Shown here: piece after piece, positions 26,481-33,476 of the stretch
Layout: each line of letters opens with the position of its first letter
How positions within the stretch are numbered: position 1 is the stretch's first letter
Assembly: GCF_001194135.2 (NCBI RefSeq)
Contig: NC_068987.1
Coordinates: 22,374,155-22,407,630, forward strand
Source: Octopus bimaculoides
Taxonomy: Eukaryota
Direction of reading: 5' to 3'
Length of the DNA: 33,476 nucleotides
The notes under the pieces: model-generated
Database searches by the model: none
Seen by the model: the letters and a program-made list of their open reading frames with translations, nothing else
Told to the model about the DNA's origin: nothing
Program-made: the position numbers and the translations under genes

Positions 26481-27541
26481 TGTATGTATATATGTGTGCA
26501 GATTTGTATGTTTTGCTTTATGTAGTTTCCATCTACCAAATCCACTCACAAAGCTTTGGTCGGCCCGAGGCTATAGTAGAAGACACTTGCCCAAGGTGTC
26601 ACGCAGTGGGACTGAACCCAGAACCATGTGGTTGGTAAGCAAGCTACTTAACACACAGCCACTCCTGCGTTATATATATAACAAATACTCGAGTCATTTT
26701 CCATCATTTCTTTATATCTTATCGTAATTATGTCGTGTAGCCGAAAGACGTTAACAACTAACTCCGTCGTTTATTTTTTGTACTTGTTTTCGTTAGCGTC
26801 TTTGCTTCCCTGTTTTCTAAGCACTTGTCTCATTCTGTCCTTTATATCTGCTCATTTATCTCAGCAGCGTTTAGCTACCGAAGCCACGAAAAGTGAACGA
26901 GCTTACCAATAATGGAGCCAAATTGTGAGCATTTTCAGTTGATAACTGATGAGGGATGAGCGTGTCTACGTAATTTATGTGTCTTTCCCTGTTTTCCGTG
27001 TGTTCCTTTGTCGTTTTCCCGAGTAACTTTTTACTCTCTGTCTCTGCCTCTGTCTCCGTCACTGTTTCTATGTCTCTCTCTATGTATATGCATGTATATA
27101 TCTCTCGTATATACATCTGCCGAGTAATATATAGATTTATTGAATCATGTGGCTATCACGGAAAGTTCCTCCAGTGAACTCGGATAACAAACCACATTGT
27201 GATCTAATACGGAAAAGTATAACGCAGAGTTCTACGAGTTGAAACTCAGGAGATCCAAACACTGAAATTATTTCATAGGGAGTATATAAACCATACAAAG
27301 TCAGGAGGTATGAGAGGAATATGTTTATTTCACTACTTGTCATCGTTAGTGTTACGGCTGTTTCGTAGCCTTTATCATGTAATAATAATTTCAGTGTATA
27401 ATAAATTATTTTACATGTCTGCATTCATATGCTTGCTACGCATTGTACAATACAATCGCATATTTACAAATCAATGCAGATAAAAAAAGCTGGCTCATCA
27501 GCTCACCAGAACATTAGCGTTAGACCAGTTCTTGTAGCTCT

Positions 27542-27588
<47 letters not shown>

Positions 27589-27818
27589 NNNNNNNNNNNN
27601 NNNNNNNNNNNNNNNNNNNNNNNNNNNNNNNNNNNNNNNNNNNNNNNNNNNNNNNNNNNNNNNNNNNNNNNNNNNNNNNNNNNNNNNNNNNNNNNNNNNN
27701 NNNNNNNNNNNNNNNNNNNNNNNNNNNNNNNNNNNNNNNNNNNNNNNNNNNNNNNNNNNNNNNNNNNNNNNNNNNNNNNNNNNNNNNNNNNNNNNNNNNN
27801 NNNNNNNNNNNNNNNNNN

Positions 27819-27858
<40 letters not shown>

Positions 27859-30164
27859 GAGAGAAAGATACTTATTATATATATGTATATATATATATAT
27901 ATGTGTTTGTACACACACACACACACACACACACACATTAGATTGCACTAAAGCAGTTGCCGATGCCTCGTCACTGTCATTGATCACATTTCGAAAGAAC
28001 CGGTGTAATTCATATCTGATAACATCTGGCAGTGATGTTTAATCGTACATTCAGCAGCATTTTCATGCACTTTATATACAATATATTCTAATCGATTTCT
28101 AAGACAATGGCAGAAAGTTAATTTTTGTTTAATTTATAATAGACAAACAGCAGCAACATCAACAACAACAACCACAACCAAAGATATGGTAAGGCATTGT
28201 GCAATTTGTATGCACGAATCAATATGTCTATAGTCATATATGGACATTTTCAGATACGGTCTTATGCAGATACGGCCCTATTCTAATGTGTAATCAATAG
28301 CGAAACGCCGACAACGTTAGTGCAAATTATATAAATATATCTAGTTGTGGTATAAAATTTTCATTGATAATGATTTAGGCTTTCGTTTTCTATGATCAAT
28401 TCAAAGAGTTTGTACGAAAGTCAGGTTGTGTATAATTTATAAGCTGTTATATTTAATTTGTTTATCCGCGTAATTACCTCCACTTGGATTTATCTTACAG
28501 TTACTCTTTACCCTGCGGAATTGGTTCAAAGTAAAGACATCGGGGTCTAAGTTCGAATCATTTGAGCGCTACTAAGTGTTTTCAATACCGAGAATATCTG
28601 GATCTCATCTGCTGACTATATCAAGTTTATATTGTATATAAAAACATTGCTGTAATATTTTATCTCTTAGAAACTTCTCGAGCAGACTTGCGTGTTAAAA
28701 ATATATTAAAAAAAAACACAGAGCTTAGTTAGAATTACGCAAGAGACCGATAGAATAAGTACTAGGCTTACAAAGAATAAGTCCTGGGGTCGATTTGATC
28801 GACTAAAGGCGGTGCTCCAGGATGGTCACAGTCAAATGACTGAAACAGGTAAAAGAGTGTATATATATATATATATATGTCTGTAATACTTGCATTTAAG
28901 AAAAGCATAAAAATCGTCAGTGGAAGTGTATTAGTGAGCAAGTTACGGAAGTCGGCGAACCTTTTGAAACTTCATAAACGACAATTATGTTGAAAAATAA
29001 ACGAAAAATGAATTGAACTTTTAAGTTATTTGGTTTTGACTGAAATTACTCTTCTGGAATCTAACTATTAAATNNNNNNNNNNNNNNNNNNNNNNNNNNN
29101 NNNNNNNNNNNNNNNNNNNNNNNNNNNNNNNNNNNNNNNNNNNNNNNNNNNNNNNNNNNNNNNNNNNNNNNNNNNNNNNNNNNNNNNNNNNNNNNNNNNN
29201 NNNNNNNNNNNNNNNNNNNNNNNNNNNNNNNNNNNNNNNNNNNNNNNNNNNNNNNNNNNNNNNNNNNNNNNNNNNNNNNNNNNNNNNNNNNNNNNNNNNN
29301 NNNNNNNNNNNNNNNNNNNNNNNNNNNNNNNNNNNNNNNNNNNNNNNNNNNNNNNNNNNNNNNNNNNNNNNNNNNNNNNNNNNNNNNNNNNNNNNNNNNN
29401 NNNNNNNNNNNNNNNNNNNNNNNNNNNNNNNNNNNNNNNNNNNNNNNNNNNNNNNNNNNNNNNNNNNNNNNNNNNNNNNNNNNNNNNNNNNNNNNNNNNN
29501 NNNNNNNNNNNNNNNNNNNNNNNNNNNNNNNNNNNNNNNNNNNNNNNNNNNNNNNNNNNNNNNNNNNNNNNNNNNNNNNNNNNNNNNNNNNNNNNNNNNN
29601 NNNNNNNNNNNNNNNNNNNNNNNNNNNNNNNNNNNNNNNNNNNNNNNNNNNNNNNNNNNNNNNNNNNNNNNNNNNNNNNNNNNNNNNNNNNNNNNNNNNN
29701 NNNNNNNNNNNNNNNNNNNNNNNNNNNNNNNNNNNNNNNNNNNNNNNNNNNNNNNNNNNNNNNNNNNNNNNNNNNNNNNNNNNNNNNNNNNNNNNNNNNN
29801 NNNNNNNNNNNNNNNNNNNNNNNNNNNNNNNNNNNNNNNNNNNNNNNNNNNNNNNNNNNNNNNNNNNNNNNNNNNNNNNNNNNNNNNNNNNNNNNNTTAA
29901 TCCCTTTGTCTGTCCTTGTTTGTCCCCTCTATGTTTAGCCCCCTGTGTGCAATAAAGAAATGAATATGTGAGTCAAAGTATTGATATTAGAAAAATGACT
30001 TTTTCCATTCACATCTGAATCACCCCCCCTCCAGCGTAGCTCTCTCCAAATAATTCTACATTATTCATTATAATTAATAATCATGGAGTAATTACCGGAT
30101 TTGCATTCCTCCATACTGGTACAACAGACTGGTCAATGACGCTGCCAACAGTTTTTCCAAATGC
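1722..30164 (-). CDS. Adhesion GPCR (GAIN/GPS + secretin-like 7TM), partial multi-exon gene, ADGRD/GPR133-like
   Basis: 11 exons with GT-AG ends and matching phases. Joined translation: [330 protein letters not shown] [gap] [22 protein letters not shown]. Span is the exon envelope, not a continuous ORF. Confidence 0.93.
1951..2122 (-). mobile_element. SINE family C, decayed copy
   Basis: ccagtacttgactggtactt and aattctgccagtttggcgcc match the reverse complement of the family C consensus seen elsewhere in the window. Confidence 0.7.
2343..2477 (-). mobile_element. SINE family A copy (ggttccgggttcagtcccac...cttgggcaagtgtcttctactatagc)
   Basis: Highly similar to 10414-10575 and 26523-26669; ends in a (TA)n tail. 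Confidence 0.85.
2620..2824. repeat. (GA)n-rich microsatellite
   Basis: Read directly from the sequence; further (GA)n runs at 14601-14643, 19636-19693 and 27539-27588. Confidence 0.9.
2904..2999 (-). CDS. aGPCR exon, TM3, 3' end lost in N gap ([32 protein letters not shown])
   Basis: Acceptor tttctccctatag at 3000-3001, phase 0; C..VA.LLHY....F.WMLVEG.HLY signature; runs into the gap at 2825-2903. Confidence 0.95.
3066..3530. repeat. (GGT/GAT)n trinucleotide low-complexity tract
   Basis: Read directly from the sequence. Confidence 0.9.
3630..3729 (-). CDS. aGPCR exon, ICL1-TM2 ([33 protein letters not shown])
   Basis: Acceptor cctatttcccgtag, donor CCG/gtaaat; 100 nt, phase 2-0; IH.NL motif of class B/adhesion TM2. 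Confidence 0.95.
3785..4065. repeat. Degenerate AT-rich minisatellite (acattaagatacaccattaaaatacaat-like)
   Basis: cc(a/g)ttaaaa motif recurs about 7 times. Confidence 0.65.
4284..4570 (-). mobile_element. RTE-type LINE remnant (ORF2 C-terminal region)
   Basis: Translation [22 protein letters not shown]...[18 protein letters not shown] resembles the RTE-clade post-RT motif (LYGCESWTL...RRIL.I.W.D..TN.EVL). Confidence 0.8.
4579..4680 (+). mobile_element. SINE family C 5' half
   Basis: aggcggcgagctaacagaatcgttagc...gttctgagttcaaa head. Confidence 0.8.
4738..4817. repeat. 21-bp minisatellite, about 3.8 copies (ggaccttttgtcaaaatatgc)
   Basis: Units start at 4738, 4759, 4780 and 4801; one mismatch among the full units. 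Confidence 0.95.
6518..6595 (+). mobile_element. SINE family A 5' fragment
   Basis: catggctccgggttcaatcccattgcgtggcactttgggcaagtgtcttctactat matches family A. Confidence 0.75.
6600..6790 (+). mobile_element. RTE-type LINE 3' remnant
   Basis: [12 protein letters not shown]...ILY...KKRFKD resembles the RTE C-terminal R.LRW.GHV.R...LY...KKR.KD motif. Confidence 0.65.
9105..9815 (+). mobile_element. Decayed Tc1/mariner transposon, DD37D (maT-type) transposase remnant
   Basis: About 9150-9696 translates with stops and frameshifts as [21 protein letters not shown]...[13 protein letters not shown]...[41 protein letters not shown]...ELKARI...CRRFRNHLE...EANG.FIE*. Spacing is 37 residues between QQD and PLD once a 1-bp deletion is restored. 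Preceded by a SINE A head at 9052-9105. Confidence 0.88.
9960..10109 (+). mobile_element. tRNA-derived SINE-like element, copy 2
   Basis: A-box-like tagcttgatgg and B-box-like gttcgagt; same body as 961-1103. Confidence 0.65.
10135..10330 (+). mobile_element. SINE-like family B copy (gcggccatgctggagcaccgcc...gtacttattctatcgg)
   Basis: Reverse complement of 28721-28857; partial copy also at about 5676-5725. Confidence 0.8.
10414..10575 (-). mobile_element. SINE family A, near full length
   Basis: tRNA-like head ggcgcaggagtggctgtatggtaag (minus strand); same body as the other family A copies. Confidence 0.9.
11211..11926 (-). mobile_element. Cluster of four decayed, co-oriented SINE family C copies
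   Basis: Repeated gattt(g/a)aac, gtcgattacatcg and (g/a)ttctgcc motifs at about 11211-11428, 11429-11570, 11598-11780 and 11824-11926. Confidence 0.75.
12018..12127 (-). CDS. aGPCR exon, TM1 ([36 protein letters not shown])
   Basis: Acceptor tttatttttcag, donor CAG/gtaagc; 110 nt, phase 0-2; hydrophobic helix with LS.ISY.G motif. Confidence 0.95.
13099..13234. repeat. 81-bp tandem duplication: (TATG)n plus gggaaagcttggtcKgcaatgtttgca, two copies
   Basis: Unique core repeats at 13127 and 13208. Confidence 0.9.
13984..14107 (-). CDS. aGPCR exon, GPS autoproteolysis site and Stachel ([11 protein letters not shown]...[19 protein letters not shown])
   Basis: Acceptor ctttctctattgacag, donor GGT/gtaagt; 124 nt, phase 2-0; contains W-x4-C...C[12 protein letters not shown]. 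Confidence 0.95.
15500..15651. mobile_element. MITE-like element with imperfect 11-bp terminal inverted repeats
   Basis: Left gggccgtctaa and right taagatggcac (8/11 complementary); 3' part ctggacaact...cccatgtc.taaga.ggcaccgaa shared with 15952-15995. Confidence 0.5.
15810..16095. mobile_element. Related MITE-like element with a 90-bp tandem duplication of its right end
   Basis: Left gagccgtcgta and right taagacggcac (15980-15990); units 15913-16002 and 16003-16092 are near identical. Confidence 0.55.
16558..16726 (-). mobile_element. SINE family C copy with long (AAT)n tail, truncated by gap
   Basis: cctttctactatagacacaaggcctgaaattt...gacctcggcggaatttgaactcag; tail at 16476-16559. Confidence 0.9.
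16995..17136 (-). mobile_element. Interspersed repeat family D, 5' part
   Basis: Close reverse-complement match to 17677-17820. Confidence 0.8.
17159..17368 (-). mobile_element. SINE family C, full length
   Basis: Complete head-to-tail reverse complement of the family C consensus. Confidence 0.9.
17460..17677 (+). mobile_element. SINE family C copy (aagtttgaaac tail subtype)
   Basis: agaatcgttagcacgccg...gagttcaaatt...gtaccagctgagtactg, ending in (TAT)n. Confidence 0.85.
17677..18033 (+). mobile_element. Interspersed repeat family D, longer copy
   Basis: gagagagcagtgcatgccatcaaagtgacac...accatatgtgcgcgac; matches 16995-17136. The 3' boundary is approximate. Confidence 0.75.
18038..18219. 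repeat. (ATC)n/(ATT)n microsatellite
   Basis: Read directly; similar tracts at 16476-16559, 16828-16930, 17370-17410, 18690-18785 and 19001-19047. Confidence 0.95.
18787..18999 (+). mobile_element. SINE family C, full length with (ATT)n tail
   Basis: aggcagtgagatggtagaatcgttagcac...gtgcctttagtagaaaggg followed by (TAT)n. Confidence 0.9.
19048..19580. repeat. CAG/TAG/CAT/CAA low-complexity tracts surrounding the 19370-19428 exon
   Basis: Read directly from the sequence. Confidence 0.85.
19370..19428 (-). CDS. aGPCR exon, start of GPS motif ([19 protein letters not shown])
   Basis: Acceptor ctattctcaaccgtag, donor TAC/gtaagt; 59 nt, phase 0-2; supplies the first GPS cysteine. Confidence 0.9.
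20702..20886 (-). mobile_element. SINE family C copy
   Basis: atcctttctactgtaagcacaaggcctgaaattt...gacctcagcgggatctgaactcag. Confidence 0.85.
21036..21159 (-). CDS. aGPCR exon, GAIN subdomain B ([19 protein letters not shown]...[12 protein letters not shown])
   Basis: Acceptor ccttacaaag, donor AAG/gtaaga; 124 nt, phase 2-0; [10 protein letters not shown] and SPIILVF match the GAIN (V/I)NS.VIS.S and P(V/I).(I/L).F motifs. Confidence 0.9.
21755..21975 (-). mobile_element. Two partial, decayed SINE family C copies
   Basis: ggcgggatttgaacccaga and tttatcgacccc...actctgccagttc motifs. Confidence 0.6.
23300..23369 (-). CDS. aGPCR exon, GAIN ([22 protein letters not shown])
   Basis: Long pyrimidine tract ending ttccttag, donor CAG/gtaacg; 70 nt, phase 1-2. 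Confidence 0.85.
24181..24360 (+). mobile_element. SINE family C copy with internal deletion
   Basis: aaggcggggagctggcagaat head, gagttcaaatt and aagtaccagttgag motifs. Confidence 0.8.
24700..24816 (-). CDS. aGPCR exon, GAIN ([10 protein letters not shown]...[18 protein letters not shown])
   Basis: Acceptor tttctttcgattcag, donor AAG/gttagt; 117 nt, phase 1-1; SIRLP is a typical GAIN strand motif. Confidence 0.85.
24961..25327 (+). mobile_element. hAT transposase C-terminal fragment (dimerisation domain), one frameshift
   Basis: EDEEDDFFS...[19 protein letters not shown], then a +1 T at 25156-25161, then [54 protein letters not shown]. Matches the hAT SSA..ER.FS....L...R..LSD..F..LLF.K.N motif. 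Confidence 0.85.
25875..25995 (-). CDS. aGPCR exon, GAIN ([21 protein letters not shown]...SMASTNL)
   Basis: Acceptor tttatattacacag, donor TAG/gtacat; 121 nt, phase 0-1; fits the A..L...E..A helix pattern. Confidence 0.85.
26153..26336. repeat. (TATG)n/(CATG)n microsatellite
   Basis: Read directly; similar tracts at 6149-6213, 13378-13443 and 26450-26490. Confidence 0.95.
26523..26669 (-). mobile_element. SINE family A copy
   Basis: Same sequence as 10414-10575 with few substitutions. Confidence 0.9.
28721..28857 (-). mobile_element. SINE-like family B copy
   Basis: Reverse-complement match to 10135-10265. Confidence 0.8.
30096..30164 (-). CDS. aGPCR exon, GAIN subdomain A ([23 protein letters not shown])
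   Basis: Acceptor ttttgtttcatttcag, donor CCG/gtaatt; 69 nt, phase 0-0; fits the GAIN F..TV..(L/V)ID......W pattern. Confidence 0.8.
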
Positions 30165-30499
30165 CTGAAATGAAACAAAAATTTGGTAGAATGTCAAAAC
30201 ATTTCGAAGAATATCAAAGAATTCGATCCGAACAATTTTTTTTTGTTAGTTAATTATTGGCTTCTAATACAATCACATAACCATCAATTTTGGGCAGGGA
30301 ACATTCGATTAATACAACTTCAGTATTTGACTGATACTTTATGTTATCGATCATATATGTATGTATGTAGAAAGGACAAAGATCATATGTATATGTATGT
30401 AGAAAGGACAAAGATCATATATGTATGTATGGAGAAAGGACAAAGTGAATATTGGCGGGATTTGAACACAGAACGTAAAGGTACTGATTTGTAATATTG

Positions 30500-30715
30500 G
30501 TTTCAAGTTTTGGGACAAGGCCAGCCTTTTCGGGGGAGAGAGTTAGGCCATTACATCGACCCCTACCCCTATATTCAACTGGTTCTTATTTTATCAACTC
30601 CGAAAAGATGAAAGGTAAGTCAACCTCGGCGGAATTTGAACTCGGATTGTAAAGACGGATGAAATGCCGCTAAACAGTTTGCCCAGCCAGCTAACGATTC
30701 TGCCAGCTCGCTGCA
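30500..30715 (-). mobile_element. SINE family C, full length, with possible 9-bp target-site duplication gtaatattg
   Basis: Full reverse-complement copy; gtaatattg at 30491-30499 and 30716-30724. Confidence 0.85.
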
Positions 30716-30751
30716 GTAATATTGATCAGTAATATTAGCTCAAGACAAGGG

Positions 30752-30962
30752 AGCAAGGTGACGGAATATTTAGCACGTCGGGCGAAATGCTTAGCGGCAT
30801 TTCGTTCGTCTTTACGCTCTGAGTTCAAATTCTGCCGAGGTCGACTTTACCTTTCAACCTTTCAGGGTCGATAAAATAAGTGCCAGTTGAGTACGAGGTC
30901 GTTGCAATCGACCTGACGCCTCCGACGAAACTGCTGGTCCTTGTGAGGAAATTTGAAATCAA
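30752..30962 (+). mobile_element. SINE family C copy
   Basis: ttagcacgtcgggcgaaatgcttagcggcatttcg...gagttcaaattctgccgaggtcgacttt. Confidence 0.85.
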
Positions 30963-31129
30963 CACCAACTCAAGGTTAAGCACTTCCATGCTTTTCGTAT
31001 GCAAGCCGGCGGAGCTCGCTCTGAGCACTCTAATGAAAAACGACCCCTGTCACATTAAATAAGGGGACAAAATGTTTTTTTTTATAAACGGTGACTCATA
31101 ATGTAAAACAAAATAAATTCCTTGAACAT

Positions 31130-31372
31130 TGCTAGGGCTCAGAGAGCCGGTTGCTCCGTTTCTGTGGAATATAAGTAACCAAGATCAGGTTATTACTCCT
31201 GAATGGAACGCTGATCCATCGCATGGTTACTCATTTGTAGCTGAATGGCCTGGACAACTTGCAATAAAATGCTTTGTTCAAGAACACAACATACCACCCG
31301 GTCTGGGAATCGGACCCACGATCTTCCGACCGAGAGTGCACGCAACACCCGTAACCACTAGGCTACGCGCCT
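31130..31372 (-). mobile_element. tRNA-derived SINE, family E
   Basis: Minus-strand head aggcgcgtagcctagtggtta (A box) and ggtccgattccc (B-box-like), followed by a non-tRNA body. Confidence 0.75.
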
Positions 31373-32760
31373 GCATGATTCATAACGATGGGAACATTTT
31401 AAAAGTAGCAAGGACTAAAACGAGCACATTAAAAAATTGTATAACGCAGTATGCGGCCGAAAAACCGCCCATGTTTTATACGGCCAATGATGTAGACTTA
31501 GTTTATGTTAAGTAGATGATAACATTGTCATCATATCGCAAATATTTTACCGTTTTTATTTCGTTATAATTATGGTTTAAGTCGGCGCATACTGTGAGTT
31601 TACTTTTAAAGCATTTATCAAAAATAGTGAATTCGTGAGATTTTTTTTTTGTCACATCCTGTATGAAATATATTGAAATTGTTTTAATTAAAGTAGATAT
31701 CAACAGATGTTAATGCATATCGTTGCATTTTTGTTTCGAAGGAATATACATGTGCTGGAGTGGTGCACTAAATAAACTCAAATTTTCCATTCTAAAATCT
31801 TCCAAAGTCGAGGATTGTTGCTACTAGATATACAATTAAAATCATTACCAGCCGCGGCTACGCTCTTTAAGGATTATATTAACCAGTGTGACTATTAACA
31901 CATTATGGTAGGTTGTGATTTGAGGGAGAATTAGCTATTAATAACAGGTAGAGAAAACAACATAGAAGATCTCTTGAACTGCGTTCCCCGCCAAAAACCC
32001 AACCATGACCACCACTACCAATGCTGCTGTTATCTTGTACAACACTTCTTGTTTTCTATCGTATCAGCAAAACCTTAATCCTTTTTATGATCAGATTTAC
32101 CTCCCTCTCNNNNNNNNNNNNNNNNNNNNNNNNNNNNNNNNNNNNNNNNNNNNNNNNNNNNNNNNNNNNNNNNNNNNNNNNNNNNNNNNNNNNNNNNNNN
32201 NNNNNNNNNNNNNNNNNNNNNNNNNNNNNNNNNNNNNNNNNNNNNNNNNNNNNNNNNNNNNNNNNNNNNNNNNNNNNNNNNNNNNNNNNNNNNNNNNNNN
32301 NNNNNNNNNNNNNNNNNNNNNNNNNNNNNNNNNNNNNNNNNNNNNNNNNNNNNNNNNNNNNNNNNNNNNNNNNNNNNNNNNNNNNNNNNNNNNNNNNNNN
32401 NNNNNNNNNNNNNNNNNNNNNNNNNNNNNNNNNNNNNNNNNNNNNNNNNNNNNNNNNNNNNNNNNNNNNNNNNNNNNNNNNNNNNNNNNNNNNNNNNNNN
32501 NNNNNNNNNNNNNNNNNNNNNNNNNNNNNNNNNNNNNNNNNNNNNNNNNNNNNNNNNNNNNNNNNNNNNNNNNNNNNNNNNNNNNNNNNNNNNNNNNNNN
32601 NNNNNNNNNNNNNNNNNNNNNNNNNNNNNNNNNNNNNNNNNNNNNNNNNNNNNNNNNNNNNNNNNNNNNNNNNNNNNNNNNNNNNNNNNNNNNNNNNNNN
32701 NNNNNNNNNNNNNNNNNNNNNNNNNNNNNNNNNNNNNNNNNNNNNNNNNNNNNNNNNNNN

Positions 32761-32772
32761 CTCTTCCGATCT
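32761..32772. other. Illumina adapter remnant CTCTTCCGATCT at a contig edge
   Basis: The first 12 bases after the gap match the 3' end of the Illumina adapter (reverse complement of AGATCGGAAGAG). Confidence 0.85.
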
Positions 32773-33181
32773 CATACCTGTTTTTCTGCTATATGTTCCT
32801 CTATTTACCTCAACGTAATTTTTCCACCACCTTCTCCTCCATTTTCTTCTTCTTGTAGCAACCACACCCAAGTCCTCAATAATTATTGCACCGTCATTCG
32901 TTCTCTTCAACAGCGACGCCCTTCAAATTTCTATTTCTGGTTTTAATATTTGTTTGCTTAACATCTTAACCTTGTAAAATCAGCAAACTCTCAACGTTTC
33001 TTCCATCTGATATGAAGATATGATATTTTTTAATGGGTGGTTGATGTCTTGCTGTGTTGTTGTTGTTGTGATGGTAGTGGTCGTTTTGTGCCTGCATTTG
33101 TCTGTGTTTGTTTGTATGTGCGTGGGCGTTTGTGTGTGTGTGTGTGTGNNNNNNNNNNGTGTTTGTTTGTATGTGCGTGGG

Positions 33182-33220
<39 letters not shown>

Positions 33221-33476
33221 TTTAGTTCTTGGTCAGTTGTCATCGAGCAGAGAACTACTATCATAGGTACTGCAGTCATACCTATCTTGTCCATTAATTA
33301 GACGGTAAGTTCAAGGCTACAGTCTTTGCCACCGTTGTTCTCCCTCAAGCCAGCCAGCTCTGATCCAGCACAATATGATCAAAGGCATTTCAGCCATGGC
33401 CATAACGGTTTTAATTCAGATGTAGTATATCAAGAACAACAGTCCTTTTTATTGTTGTTCAGCTCCACGACGACGA

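Noticed and set aside
27930-28027. Open segment [26 protein letters not shown]
   Set aside because: Its open frame needs a phase 1 or 2 acceptor but the host intron is phase 0; the donor would fall in a (GT)n repeat.
31551-31591. Candidate upstream exon CADLNHNYNEIKT (phase 1-0)
   Set aside because: Phase fits the next exon, but it is short, the splice sites are mediocre, and there is no recognisable GAIN motif or upstream partner exon.
32775-32972. Segment VKMLSKQILKPEIEI*RASLLKRTNDGAIIIEDL after a good acceptor, loosely like the GAIN N-terminal helix
   Set aside because: In-frame TGA, continuation into low-complexity purine sequence, and an adapter-contaminated contig edge.
1069-33301. 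Most ORFs in the supplied six-frame track (poly-I, poly-L, YVCM, HTHT, ERER, X-runs)
   Set aside because: They are translations of microsatellites and N gaps with no protein-like composition.

Overview
AT-rich, repeat-dense eukaryotic genomic DNA from a gappy short-read scaffold. The SINE families and microsatellites are ones I associate with Octopus genomes; this is an inference from memory, not a search result. The main content is the middle part of one intron-rich, minus-strand adhesion GPCR gene that the six-frame ORF track almost entirely misses. I reconstructed 11 GT-AG exons by hand (30164 down to 1722) whose splice phases all match. Ten exons give 330 contiguous residues, from the GAIN domain through the GPS cleavage/Stachel motif to TM1-TM3. 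An eleventh gives the TM4 C-half and the start of ECL2. Motifs recalled from vertebrate receptors point to the ADGRD (GPR133-like) subfamily. The N-terminus and TM5-TM7 are outside the window or in N gaps. The introns hold many tRNA-derived SINEs (several in inverted pairs), RTE-type LINE scraps, a decayed DD37D (maT-type) mariner, a hAT transposase C-terminal fragment, MITE-like elements, mini- and microsatellites, and two assembly artefacts. Nearly all listed ORFs are microsatellite or N-gap noise. I found no prokaryotic features, CRISPR array or rRNA, and no clearly new biological system. The best leads are the receptor itself and possible repeat-driven splicing or dsRNA structures.
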